From NCBI RefSeq assembly GCF_009914755.1, contig NC_060926.1: a DNA stretch of 64,000 bases. One strand, 5' to 3'. Position 1 is the stretch's first letter. Each line of letters opens with the position of its first letter. Shown here piece by piece: positions 18,901-39,850 of the stretch. Position numbers and translations under genes: made by a program. The stretch is from the human T2T-CHM13v2.0 reference genome, Homo sapiens. The notes beneath the pieces are model-generated. The model was given only the letters and a program-made list of their open reading frames with translations. It searched no databases and was not told the origin of the DNA.

Positions 18901-20321
18901 GGGAATAGGAACAGCTCTGGTCTGCAGCTCCCAGCGTGATTGACGCACAGGACGGGTGATTTCTGTGTTTCCAACTGAGGTACCTGGTTCATCTCACTGG
19001 GACTGGTTGAACACTGGTCGCACCCCATGGAGGGTGAGCCAAATCGAGGCGGGGCATCACCTCACCCAGGAAGCGCAAGGGATTGGGGGATTTCCCTTTC
19101 CTAACCAAGGGATGCCGTGACAGACTATACCTGGAAAAATGGGACACTTCTGCCCAAATAGTGGGCTTTTTCCACAGTCTTAGCAACAAGCAGACCAGGA
19201 GATTCTCTCCCATGCCTGGCTTGACGGATCCTATACCCATGGAGCCTTGCTCAGTGCTAGCACAGCAGTCTGAGATCAACCTGCGAGGCAGCAGCCTGGC
19301 AGGGGGAGGGGAATCCACCATTGCTGAGGCTTGAGTAGGTAAACAGAGCACCCAGGAAGCTTGAACTGGGAGGAGCCCACTGCAGCTCAGCAAGGCCTAC
19401 TGCCTCCATAGACTTCAGCTCTGTGGGCAGGGCATAGCTGAGCAAAAGGCAGCAGAAACTTCTGTGGACTTAAACGTCCCTGTCTGATAGCTCTGAAGAG
19501 AGCAGTGGTTCTCCCAGCATGGTGTTTGAGCTCTGAGAACGGACAGACGGCCTCCTCAAGTGGGTCCCTGACCCCCGTGTAGCCTGACTGGGAAACACCT
19601 CCCAGTAGGGGCTGACAGACACCTCAAACAGGCAGGTGTCCCTCTGGGACAAAGCTTCCAGAGGAAGGATCAGGCAGCAATATTTGCTGTTCTGTAGCCT
19701 CTGCTGGTGATACCCAGGCAAACAGGGTCTGCAGTGGACCTCCAGCAAACTCCAACAGACCTGCAGCTGAGGGACGTGACCATTAGAAGGAAAACTAGTA
19801 GACAGAAAGGAATAGCTTCAACATCAACAAAAAGGACATCCACACCAAAACCCCATTTGTAGGTTACCAACATCAAAGACCAAAGGTAGATAAAACCACA
19901 AAGATGGGGAGAAACCAGAGCAGAAAAGCTGAAAATTCTAAAAATCAGAGCACCTCATCTCCTCCAAAGGATCGCAGCTCCTTGCCAGCAACGGAACAAA
20001 GCTGGACAGAGAATGACTTTGACGAGTTGACAGAAGTAGGCTTCAGAAGGTCGGCAATAACAAACTTCTCCGAGCTAAAGGAGCATGTTCTAACCCGTCG
20101 CAAAGAAGCTAAAAACCTTGAAAAAAGGTTAGATGAATGGCTTACTAGAATAAACAGTGTAGAGAAGACCTTAAATGACCTGATGGAGCTGAAAACCATG
20201 GCACAAGAACTTCGTGATGCACGCACAAGCTTCAATAGCTGATTCAATCAAGTGGAAAAAAGGATATCAGTAATTGAAGATCAAATTGATGAAATAAAGT
20301 GAGAAGACAAGATTAGAGAAA
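18901..20321 (+). mobile_element. L1PA (about PA6-PA7-like) 5'UTR plus ORF1 start, 3'-truncated
   Basis: Starts gaataggaacagctctggtctgcagctcccagc; ORF1 fragment MGRNQSRKAENSKNQ at 19904; L1 sequence stops at gattagagaaaa; gaaaatgt flanks both ends. Confidence 0.92.
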
Positions 20322-21242
20322 ATGTTTATTGTATCAACCTTCTATTGTTGAACCATCCTTGCATTTCTCAATGAACTTTGATTAGTCTTGATTTTTTTCT
20401 GATATGCAATTCCAAATTCTATTCTAAACCAGTTGGAGTGGTTCACATTTGTAATCCTAGCATTTTGGAAGGCCAGGGCAGGAGGATTGCTTGAGGCCAG
20501 AAGTTCAAGACTAGTCTGAGCAACATAACAAGACTCTGTCTATAAAAAATTTTAAAATTGGCCAGGTGTAGTGGTGTGTGCCTGTAGTCCTAGCCACTAG
20601 GGAGGCTGAGGTGGGAGGATCCCTTTGAGTCCAGGAGTTCAAGGCTGCAGTGAGCTGTCATCATACCACTGCACTCCAGCCTGGGTGACATAGCAAGACC
20701 CTGTCTCCAAAAAGAAAAAGAACTCTATTCTAATATTGTGAGACTGTTGCATACATGTTCCTAGGTGAAATTGAATTTTTTTTCTTTGTACTATTCTGGT
20801 TTTGTATCAAAGTTTTATAGCTAGATAGGTTTTTCTGTTGAGTCTAATTTCCTTTTTTTTTTCAGACAGTGTCTCACTCTGCCACCCGGGCTGGAGTGCA
20901 GTGGTGCAGTCATGGCTCACTGCAGCTTCTACATCCTGGGATTAAGTGGTCCTCCTGCCTCAGCCTCCTGAGTAGCTGGGACTACAGGTGCATGCCACCA
21001 TGCCCAACTAATTTTTATATTTTTAGTAGAGATGGAGTTTTGCCTTGTTTCCCAGGCTGGTCTCGAACTCCTGGGCTCAAGCAATCCTCTCACCTCAGCC
21101 TCCCAAAATGCTGGGATTACAGGCATGAGCCATCTCACCTGGCCTAATTCATTTCTTTATAGGCAGACTGCCTTCTCCTTAGTAGCCTTGATACGTTTGG
21201 TCCTCTAGCTTTATTATATTGTAACCAGGTAGGAATATACAG

Positions 21243-21268
21243 ACACACACACACACACACACACACAC
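21243..21268. repeat. (CA)n microsatellite
   Basis: Directly visible. Confidence 0.95.
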
Positions 21269-22484
21269 ATATTTTTTTTTTCTTCCTGCTTAGTATCCAC
21301 AGTATTCAGTCTGAGGATTCATTTCTTTTTTTAATTCAGGAAAATGCTCATCAATTATACCTTTAAATATTATTTTAAGTTTTGTTTGAACACTAGTCTT
21401 TACTGTCTCTTCTTCTGTCAAGCATTATATCGGGACTAGTGTCTGCTATAAGTAACATTATCTGACTCACTGTGATTTGGACTATTAAGACATTTATTGT
21501 TTAGTTAGCAAGAAGTCTAGAGATCTGCCTTCTCAACATTGTCATCAAGGGACCTAAGTTTTTCCTGACTTCTTTTTTTTTTTTTTTTTGTCAGCTCTCT
21601 TGACTTTTTGGCCATCTCTGTCTTTTGTTTTGTTTGTTTGTTTGTTTGTTTGTTTTGAAATAAGTTTCACTCTGTCACCAGGCTGGAGTGTGGTGACGCA
21701 ATCACACCTCACTGCAGCTTCCATCTCCCAGGGCTCAAGCAGTCCTCCCACCTCAGCCTCCCGAGTGGCTGGGACCACAGGTAAGTGCCACAACGCCCAG
21801 CTAATTTTTGTATTTTTTGTAGAGATGGGTTTTTACCATGTTGCCAAGGCTGATCTTAAATTCCTGGGCTCAAGTGATCTTCCCACCTAGGTCTCCCAAA
21901 GTGCTGGGATTACAGGCATGAGCCACCACTCCCTCACCATCTCTGTCTTATTCTTTGCTCCTTTAAAAAGAATCTTACCCCACCCCTGATCTGGTTGCTT
22001 TCAATATTTTTTCTCTGTTTTAGTTTTCAGCAGTTTGCTTTGTTAGGCCTCAGTGTGGTCTTCTTTGTATTATCCTGGGTGGAATTCACAGGGATACTTG
22101 AATCTGACTTTGATGCCTCTTATTAATTCCAGAAAACTTTAAGCCATTATTTCTTTAAATATGGTTTCTATCTATTGTCACTTTACTCCTTTAACTCAAC
22201 TTGCATATATACCCCATATGTCACTATACTCCCTGTATCTTACTCTCTTTTCTGTATTTATCCTTCTGTTTCTTATGCTTCATTCTGGGTATTTTCTTCC
22301 CATCTCTTTCCTAGTTCACTGATATTTTTCTTTCACTGTGTCTAATCTGGTATTAAACCAGTCATTGAGGCCGGGTGCAGTGGCTCATGCCTGTAATCCC
22401 AGCACTTTGGGAGGCCGAGGCGCGTGGATCACGAGGTCAGGAGATCGAGACCATCCTGGCTAACATGGTGAAGCCCCGTCTCTA

Positions 22485-22646
<162 letters not shown>

Positions 22647-22897
22647 CTAAGAACAAAAACAAAAACAAAAAAAACAGTCATTGAGTTCATAATTTCAGGT
22701 TTGGTTTGGTGTTGTTTTTAGTTGTAGAATCTTCATTTGGTCCTGCTTTATATTATAGTTCCTATTTTCTTTTGGAAAATCCCAATCTTGCCTTTTTTAT
22801 TTGAATATATTCAACACAGTTGTTTAAAGTTTCTGCCTAATAAGTCTATAATAACTCTATTATCTAGATCCCCTTTGGAGCTCTTTGTATTATCTGA

Positions 22898-23083
<186 letters not shown>

Positions 23084-23326
23084 TAGTTTTTAATAGAGAC
23101 GGGGTTTCACCATCTTGGCCAGGCTGGTCTTGAACTCCTGACCTCATGATCCACCCATAATTTTGTTATGTAAGCCCTATCATTATTATTATTATTATCA
23201 TTATTATCATTATTATTAAGACAGAGTCTTGCTCTGTTGCCCAGGCTGGAGTGCAGTGGTACAATCTCGGCTCACTACAACCCCTGTCACCCAGGTTCGA
23301 GTGATTCTTGTGCTTCAGCCACCTGA

Positions 23327-23538
<212 letters not shown>

Positions 23539-26183
23539 TAGACAGTTTAATGTGATTTGAGGCCTAAGGATATCTTTCTCTAAAGACTTTTCCTTTTGAC
23601 CAGAATGTTAGGCCACTAACAATCTAGAATCACTTTAATCCAATAAAGGATTGAGCTGATTTAAAACTTGGTTTTCATTCCTGCCAGGTAGTCCATTTCC
23701 TGTTAACCTTTTCACCCTTTCTACTAGCATATTTCCCTTTTTAAGGTCCCAATCTGAAGTGTGAGGGTTCCCTATGGCTTTCCTCTTTAGGGTTCTGAAC
23801 TCCAGTTTATGGCTCCTTAGCCCAGGGAGTCTTAAAATCTCTGCCCAGCTTCTCATCCTGTCAACCATCTCTTCTGGAATTGGCCCTGGTTTCTAGAGAA
23901 ACGCCTGAAAAGATCTGGCTCTCTGGGTTTTTTTTTTCCTCCTTGATTTTGTCTCCAGAATTCTTCGGTGCCTCGTTCTCTAATGCTTTAAACAGAATTC
24001 CTTCCTATTTCCTTCCCTTCTAGTTCATTGGGAGGGTTAATCTAATTACCTCGACAACCATTACTTAAAATAGAATTCCCAAGTTCTGTATTTCCATTCT
24101 GCTCCTTAGTGTACAGCAGCTAATTTTCTTCTTGACCGGTAGTTGAAAAACGGTTCCAGTGGCTGTGGCCACCTTTTCTTTTTTCTTTTTTTTTTTTTTT
24201 TTTGAGACGGAGTCTCACTCTGTCGCCCAGGCCGGAGTGCAGTGGTGCTATCTCGGCTCACCTCAACCTCTGTCCGCTTCCCAGGTTCAAGCAATTCTCT
24301 GCCTCAGCCACCCGAGGAGCTGAGATTACAGGCGCCCACCACCACGCGTGGCTAATTTTTGTATTTTTAGTAGAGACAGTATTTCACCATCTTGGCCAGG
24401 CTGGTCTTGAACTCCTGACATCGTGATCCACCCACCTCAGCCTCCCAAAGTGCTGGGATTGCAGACATGAGCCACCACGCCTGGCCTGTGGCCACCTTTT
24501 CTAAGATTTCTAATGGAATTTTTAAAATATTTAAATGTTTTTATTTAATTTCAATTTTTATTTCACAGATATTATTTCATTTCTCTCTCTGATAATTTTT
24601 AACATATCTAAAATCATTCCTGAGCTGTTATATAAAATTAGTTTTTTTAAATTGGGTTTTATACTTGCTGATTTTTGTTGGCTTTGTTTCTTAGTGTTTT
24701 TATTTCTTCATGTGTGTGGCATTTTTGAGATGGTCATTCTGAGTAGTAATTTTGGAGTTCTGTTTTCTCTCCTTTCCCTCTTCCATGTTCCCCTCTCTCT
24801 ATCTAATAGGTGTCCTGTTGCCTCTCCCTGTTCCCTCTACCTACCACTTAGGTAAGAATCAGGTGTAAAAACAGTGGGTCAGACTGGGCATGGTGGCTCA
24901 CACCTGTAATCTTAGCTCTTTGGGAGGCCAAGGCAGGAGGATTGCTTGAGCCCAGGAGTTGGAAACCAGCCTCTCAAGATGTAGCGAGAACCCATTTCTA
25001 CAAAAAATATCAAAAAGAAAAAAAAAAAAAAAGGCAGGCATGGTGGTGCACGCCTGTAGTCCCAGCTACTTGGGAAGCTGAGGTGGGAGGGATCGCTTGA
25101 GCCTAGGAGTTTGAGGTTGCAGTGAGCCGTGATTGCACCACTGAACTCCAGCTTGGGTGACAGAGTGAGACTCTGTCTCAAAAAAAAAAAAAAACAAAAC
25201 ACACACACACACACAAAAACAGCGAGTTAGATTAAGGATATCACACATCAAGTCGGTCAGTTGTTTCATTTCCTGGGCTGGAGGCCTTATCACAGTCCTC
25301 TCCCTCTCTTAGTTCTGTAACTTTCTCAAAATATTAAACTGTCATCAGCAAATTTTATAATCTCTTTGTAGGAGTCAAGGTGGCACATCCTCATTCCCAG
25401 CCTCAAGCATTGAACTGGTTCCATTTTAATGGAGCACTTTTCGTTTTTGTTACTTCATTGAAGCCTGCATCTTGGCTGTCACTGCCTGATTACAGAACCA
25501 GAATTGAGTAGGCCCGTAGCTTCAGCCCTCCTTACCATTTTACATTTCTGTTTAGTTTCTCTTCCATAAGTCTGTCTTGTGTTAAATCTAGATAATGTCT
25601 GTTTGTTTGTCTCTCTGTTTTCTCTATTATTGCTTATACTTGGGAGCAGAACTGTTTCATCAAAGCCTGAATGCACTGCACTATCTGGCCGTTCACTGGC
25701 TCCTTTTAAGTTTTGTTCCATTTTTAAATATCAGATCCAATAAAAGAAAAAAAAATAGAGTTCTAGTAGCTTGTTTATAATATTACGATACAAGTCTAAA
25801 TTAAAACTTTAGCCTGGATTAGAAAATTACCATTTTGCAGTTCCACATCTAATATTTGTTTCAGGCAAGGATGATGAATCGATGCTAAACTATCAAATGA
25901 ACAGTTGCTGAGGAATAGAATATTTGTGGTACAAAACTGTCATCCCATAGATTATATACTAATTACAAAGGGAAAGATACATTTTAATGGAAAGATCTAA
26001 TAGTCACCTCCTTAACCAACTAATCAAATTTAGCTTCACAAATGCGCCTCCTAAAGTAATACTGTGTGAAGTAAACAACATCACTTATGAATTATTCTTG
26101 CCAAAAAATATTGAACCTGATTGCAATCAAACCGTTAAATGCAATCTTAATTTAATAGGAGGTGAAATAAGAGTACAAGTTAA

Positions 26184-26534
<351 letters not shown>

Positions 26535-27451
26535 TAGGACATTTCTAGAAAAAAACTGGGTTGACTCTTTAGAAGGTCAGGGATATTTGAAAAAATGGGA
26601 TTGTTCTCATTTAGAAAAGAAAGGAAACAAAACAACCAAATGCAGTGTGTGAGCCTTAATTGAATTTTTGTTCAAAAAAATTTTTAAAGATATTTTTGAC
26701 TCATGTAGCACAATAATTTAAAAAGCAGTGATAAAAAGGCTAAGCCAAGTACAATGGCTCATGCCTGTAATCCCAGCACTTTGAGAGGTAGAAGTGGAAG
26801 GATTGCTTGAACCCAGGTATTTGAGACCAGCCTGGGCAACAAAGTGGGACCCTCATCTCTACCAAAAAGTTAGCCGGGAGTGGTGGTCTCACCTACATAG
26901 GAAGCTGAGGCAGAAAGATTACTTGAGCCGTGTTTGCGCTTCTGCACTCCAACCTCAATGACAGAGGGAGACCCTGTCTCCAAAAAAAAAAAAAAAAAGA
27001 GGGCGAACTTAAAAGTGGGCAAAGTATCTGAATACATATTTTTCCAAATAAGATTGTAAAACGACCAATAAGCACATGAAAATATGCTCAACATCATTAG
27101 CCGTCAAGAAAATGCAAATTAAAACCACAGTGAAATACCACCTCACGCCCACTAGGATAGCTATAATGAAAAATATAAGAGCAGATGTGGCCAAGGATGT
27201 GGAGAAATTGGAAATCCTCATACATTGGCGAGAATGTAAAATGGTACAGTTGCTTTGGAACACAATCTGGCAGTTCCTCAAAAGGCTAAATATAGAGTTT
27301 CCATATAACCCAGCAAACATGTCCGTACAAAAACTTGTACATAAATGGTCATTGCAGCATTATTTGTAATAACCAAGAAGTAAAAACAGCCCCAATATAC
27401 ATAAGCTGATGTGTGAATAAATATAATTTGGCAATAAAAATTAATGAAATA

Positions 27452-27938
27452 CAGTTGGCCTTCCACATCTGATCAACCAACTGTGGATCAAAAATATTCG
27501 GAAAATAGGCCAGACGTGTTGGCTAACACCTGTTATCCTGACATTTTGGGAGGCTGAGGTGGGAGGATCACTTGAGGCCAGGAGTTGGAGGCTGCGGTGA
27601 GCTATGATCATGCCACAACACTCTAGCCTGGACAATAGAGTGAGACCCTGTCTCTTAAAAAAAAAAAGTATTCAGAAAAAAAAAAACTGCATCTGTACTG
27701 AACATGTACAGACTTTATTCCTTGTCATTATTTCCTAAACACTACAGTATAAGTAATTACATACATTTACAGTGTATTAGATACTATAAGCTAGAGATGA
27801 TTTTAAGTATACAGGAGGATGTGCATAGGTTATATGCAAATGCTATACTATTTTATATTAAGGACTTGAGCATTCATGGATTTTGGTATCTGAAGGAGAT
27901 TTTGAAACCACTCCCCCACAGATACCAAGGGCTGCCTG
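27452..27938 (-). mobile_element. MER2-like TcMar-Tigger element (with Alu monomer at about 27508-27668)
   Basis: ctgtactgaacatgtacagact...ggaggatgtgcataggttatatgcaaat...cagataccaagggctgcctg matches recalled MER2 consensus in reverse. Confidence 0.7.
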
Positions 27939-28035
27939 TGCTGATACATGCTATAAAATGGATAAACCCTGGAAACATTATGCTAAGTGAAAGAAGCCAG
28001 TCACAAAATACTACGTATTGTATGAGTCCATTTAC

Positions 28036-28634
28036 CATAGATCCTCATTATTTGTGGATTCTGTATTTTCAAATTGGTCTGCTCACTAAAATTTATTTGT
28101 AATCTGAAAATCAATATTCCTGGCACTATCACAGTCATTTGAGGACAAACGTACATCAGGTAAAAATCTGAGTTGTCCCTCAGCTGACAACTGAGGGACA
28201 ACTGAGAGACAAAAAAGCAACACTCTGGTTTCTTATTTCAGCTCTCATGCTGTAAACAGTTGTCTTTATCAAAGTCTGTTTAGTGCCAGGTTTTTTCACA
28301 TTTTTTTATGGTGATTTTGCTGTCTAAAATGGCCCCCAAGCATAGTGCTGAAGTGATCTCTAGTGTTCCTAAGCACAGGAATGCTGTAGTGTGCCTTACA
28401 GAGAAAATACAGGTGTTAGATAAGCTTCATTCAGGCATGGGCTATTGTGCTGTTGGCCATGAGTTGTTAATGAGTTAACAATATACCTGGAATAAAGTGA
28501 CTTTAAACAGAAACATATAAAATAAGTATATGTATTGATTGGTTGATGAAAGAAGCAGTGATTTGGTATCTGCTGGTTCAGAGTTCACAGCAACTTTACA
28601 GGATATAACTATCTTAAATAACAAGAATTAACTA
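28036..28634 (+). mobile_element. MER82-like TcMar-Tigger element
   Basis: gatcctcattatttgtggattctgtatt...aaaatggcccccaagcatagtgctgaagtg...aataacaagaattaact matches recalled MER82. Confidence 0.72.
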
Positions 28635-29261
28635 TATATGAAATGTCCAGAATAGACAAACCGAGGGACAGAAGGTAGATTCATGGTTGCCAAAGATGGG
28701 TGGAGGGGTGGGCAGGAAATGGGGAATAGCTGCTAATGAATATGGGGTTTCTTTTTTGAGGTGATGAAAATCTTCTGAATTAGACATGGTGATAGTTACA
28801 CACCTCTGTGAGTGTACTAAAACCTATTAAATTTTAAACTTTAAAGTGATGCCTGGGCACAGTGGCTCACACCTGTAATCCCAGCACTTTAGGAAACCAA
28901 GGCAGATGGATCGTTTGAGCCCAGGAGTTTGAGACCAGCCTGGGAAACATGGTGAAACCCCATCTCTACAAAAAATATAAAAAATTAGCCAGGTGTGGTG
29001 GCATGCACCTGTAGTCCCAACTGCTCAGGAGGCTGAGGTGGGAGGATCACTTGAGCCTGGGAGGTTGAGGCTACAGTGAGCTTTTGATTGTGCTACTACA
29101 CTCCAGCTTGGGCAACAGAGTGAGACCCTGTCTCTAAATCAATTAATCAGTCTTCAGTAGAATTTGTCATAGCACCAGGTATATAGGAGATGTTTAATAC
29201 TTACTTTGAATTGAATTTATTGTATGCTTAAATAACTGTTTTGAATCTTTTTTGGTTTTAG

Positions 29262-29956
29262 ATCTGCTGATTTGGGTCCTACTTTAATGACAAGACCTGG
29301 ACAACCAGCACTTACCAGAGTGCCCCCACCTATTCTTCCAAGGCCATCACAGCAGACAGGAAGTAGCAGTGTGAACACTTTTAGACCTGCTTACAGTTCA
29401 TTTTCTTCTGGATATGGTGCCTATGGAAATTCATTTTATGGAGGCTATAGTCCTTATAGTTATGGATATAATGGGCTGGGCTACAACCGCCTCCGTGTAG
29501 ATGATCTTCCACCCAGTAGATTTGTTCAGCAAGCTGAAGAAAGCAGCAGGGGTGCATTTCAGTCCATTGAAAGTATTGTGCATGCATTTGCCTCTGTCAG
29601 TATGATGATGGATGCTACCTTTTCAGCTGTCTATAACAGTTTCAGGGCTGTATTGGATGTAGCAAATCACTTTTCCCGATTGAAAATACACTTTACAAAA
29701 GTGTTTTCAGCTTTTGCATTGGTTAGGACTATACGGTATCTTTACAGACGGCTACAGCGGATGTTAGGTTTAAGAAGAGGCTCTGAGAATGAAGACCTCT
29801 GGGCAGAGAGTGAAGGAACTGTGGCATGCCTTGGTGCTGAGGACCGAGCAGCTACCTCAGCAAAATCTTGGCCAATATTCTTGTTCTTTGCTGTTATCCT
29901 TGGTGGTCCTTACCTCATTTGGAAACTATTGTCTACTCACAGTGATGAAGTAACAG
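29262..29956 (+). CDS. PEX13: PEX13 exon 2 (Tyr/Gly-rich YG domain, amphipathic helix, transmembrane segment)
   Basis: ORF 29272-30018; acceptor ttttag|A, donor ACAG|gtaaga; 695 nt; frame continues from exon 1 (CA+A=Gln). Confidence 0.97.
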
Positions 29957-31279
29957 GTAAGAGAACTGTAAGGGAACAGGTTCAGATACCATATAACAAT
30001 CTCAAATTTCAAGAATAGATTTGTTAGTTTTCTTTATATTGATTTGTATTTACTGTTTCCAGTTATATTTTCAGTTAAGAGCTTCAAAACTGGCAGAGGA
30101 ATATATAGCAAAAATAGGCTTGCTGATTAGTTTATTGTTCAGTTTAATAGTGCACATTACCTGTTTACAAGGTACTGAAATTGGTGCTGTGGAGGATACA
30201 AAGATACATAGGGCATAATTCCTATCTTTCTAAAATTTATTGGAAGGGAGGTGGTTTAAGACACATATACAGGTAATGAGGCAGAAAGTGTGATAAGAAA
30301 TATAACAATTGGGGAGAGACATAAGGTTTCTTGAACCTTTTTTAATATGCAAGACACTGTGCTAGGTATTTTGTGTGTTTTATCTCATTTAATTATTTCA
30401 ACAATCCAAAGAGATAGGAATTATCCTCATTTTGCAAGTGATAAAACTGAGATCCAGAGAACTCACTTACCTAGGGTCACATCTTTAATAAGGCAGAACT
30501 ATAAACAAAACCAGGACTGGTTGAATGTTAAGCTGTATTCTCTCAACTAGTAGAGAGTATTAGCTCACTTTAGAAAAGAGAAGCTAACATTTTTTACTGT
30601 GGTATCCAGGAAGAAATGGCATCTAAGTTAGATTTTTGAAAGCTAGGCAACCTTTCAAAAGTTAGATAAAGAAACAAAAACTATCAAGCTGATAGACCAG
30701 CTTGAACAAAAGTATATAGGCAGAAAATATGAGATTTATTTGGTAGTTGTCCTATAGTATTGCATTGGATCGTAAGAAATAATGCTGAGAAATTAGGTTG
30801 AAAGCTAATAGTAGAAGCTCTTAATTGGCATTATGAGACTTAATCTTTACATAAGGAATGGATGGTTTTTTGGTAGTTTATGTTTGTTTTTGTTTTTAAG
30901 CAGACTGTGACATACATGTAAACGAAAAAGTCAGTCTGAAGGGTTTAAGATAAATCAGTAGAAGTCAGCACGTTGTAATTAGGTGGTAAAGTTCATAAAG
31001 GATTTGGGTTGTATTCACCTTTGTATTCCTACTGTCTAACCTGCTTGACACATAGAAGGTACTTAATAGATATTTATTAATTTGGGGGCATCAGTAATGA
31101 TACTTTTGCATTAGACTGTTTGAGAGATAATGAAGACCCAAAATAGAGTGTGTGAGAAGCAGGATTCATATAATAGATTCAGAGGATGTAGTTACTGACT
31201 AAATGAGGTATATAAAGGCAAAGTAGAAATCAAAATGCCCTAGACCTTTAAATTTGGGTTATTAGAAGGATAATGTTTT

Positions 31280-32106
<827 letters not shown>

Positions 32107-32168
32107 TAGGATTACAGGCATGAGCCACCACACCCAGCCGACTTAGGTTTTAAAAAGAATACCTTTTT

Positions 32169-38580
<6,412 letters not shown>

Positions 38581-38740
38581 TGTAAATATATATATAGGTA
38601 TATACATATATATATATACCTATATATTAAAGTATAGTATATATAAGTATATATGTATATATATAATATATGTGTATATATATAAAAAAGTATATATATG
38701 TGTATATATATAAAAAAGGTATATATATATACACCTTTTT
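38581..38740. repeat. (TA)n-rich low-complexity tract in place of the L1 poly(A) tail
   Basis: About 160 bp of TATA-rich sequence with internal direct and inverted repeats right after the L1 3' end. Confidence 0.9.
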
Positions 38741-38970
38741 ACTAAGAATGGTTTTTAGGTAGAGCTAGGGCAGAAGAGACCAATCAGGAGAGTCAAGCAG
38801 CCATTACCTTAATTCAAGTGAGAAGTGATGGTGGCTTGGCTCAGCATGGCAGTGACATGGGTCCTAAGATAGAGTCAGATTGGGATTACTCACCCCTGTA
38901 ATCCCAACACTGGGAGGATGAGGCCTGCAGATCGCTTAAGCCTGGCAAATCGCTTGAGCCCAGAAGTTTA

Positions 38971-39210
<240 letters not shown>

Positions 39211-39850
39211 CTACTATCATACATAGAAAGATAGAAAAGAAGACAGACTAAGATGGAAATCAGGAAGAACAGAAGTAGAACCATATTATTGCTACATTAT
39301 GGAGGAAGAGTGGAAGGATGATGAATGATGTAAGGTTCTACAATAAGATCAAGAACTGAGAAAAGATTATTAGATCTGGCAACTGGAAGTCATCAAGCTC
39401 CAGCAAGTAGTTTTGGTAAAGTGGAGAAGACAGAAACTGTAGCAGAGGATAAAGGGTAAATAAAGTCAGAAGATGTGGAAAAAGAAAAGATTAGCAGTGA
39501 ATGGAAGGAGGGAGGAAAAGAATGGCCAAATTGAGTGATCAAGTTGTTGTGGGAGATTGTCAGTTTTTTGTTTTGCTTTGTCTTTTCAGAAGTGAGGAGA
39601 TCTGAGAATGTTTTTAGGCTAAAAGAAAGGAGTCAGTAGAGAAGGAGCAGTTATAAATAAGGGAAAGATAGGAGTTAAATGATGAAGAAGCTACTATAGG
39701 AAGTAAGAGAGGGTGTGATCTTACGGAACCTGGCAGGTAAAAAGGAAGGACGGTTTTTTATCTGAGTCAAAAGGAGAGGAAATCGGTAATGATACAAAGA
39801 GATTTTTGAGGAGAAGCAAAATTGAGGTCCTATTACTTTAGCTCTTAGAG

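Larger units (their letters stand above)
27005..28848 (+). mobile_element. Old L1M (L1MB-like) 3' end, interrupted by MER2, Alu and MER82
   Basis: ORF2 C-terminal remnant MKICSTSLAVKKMQIKTTVKYHLTPTR (27076) and L1M 3'UTR motifs at 27940-28035 and 28635-28848. Confidence 0.75.

Noticed and set aside
29957-30018. ORF read-through past the PEX13 exon 2 donor (GKRTVREQV...)
   Set aside because: Intronic continuation after a strong CAG|gtaaga donor; the spliced frame to exon 3 gives the expected 403-aa protein.
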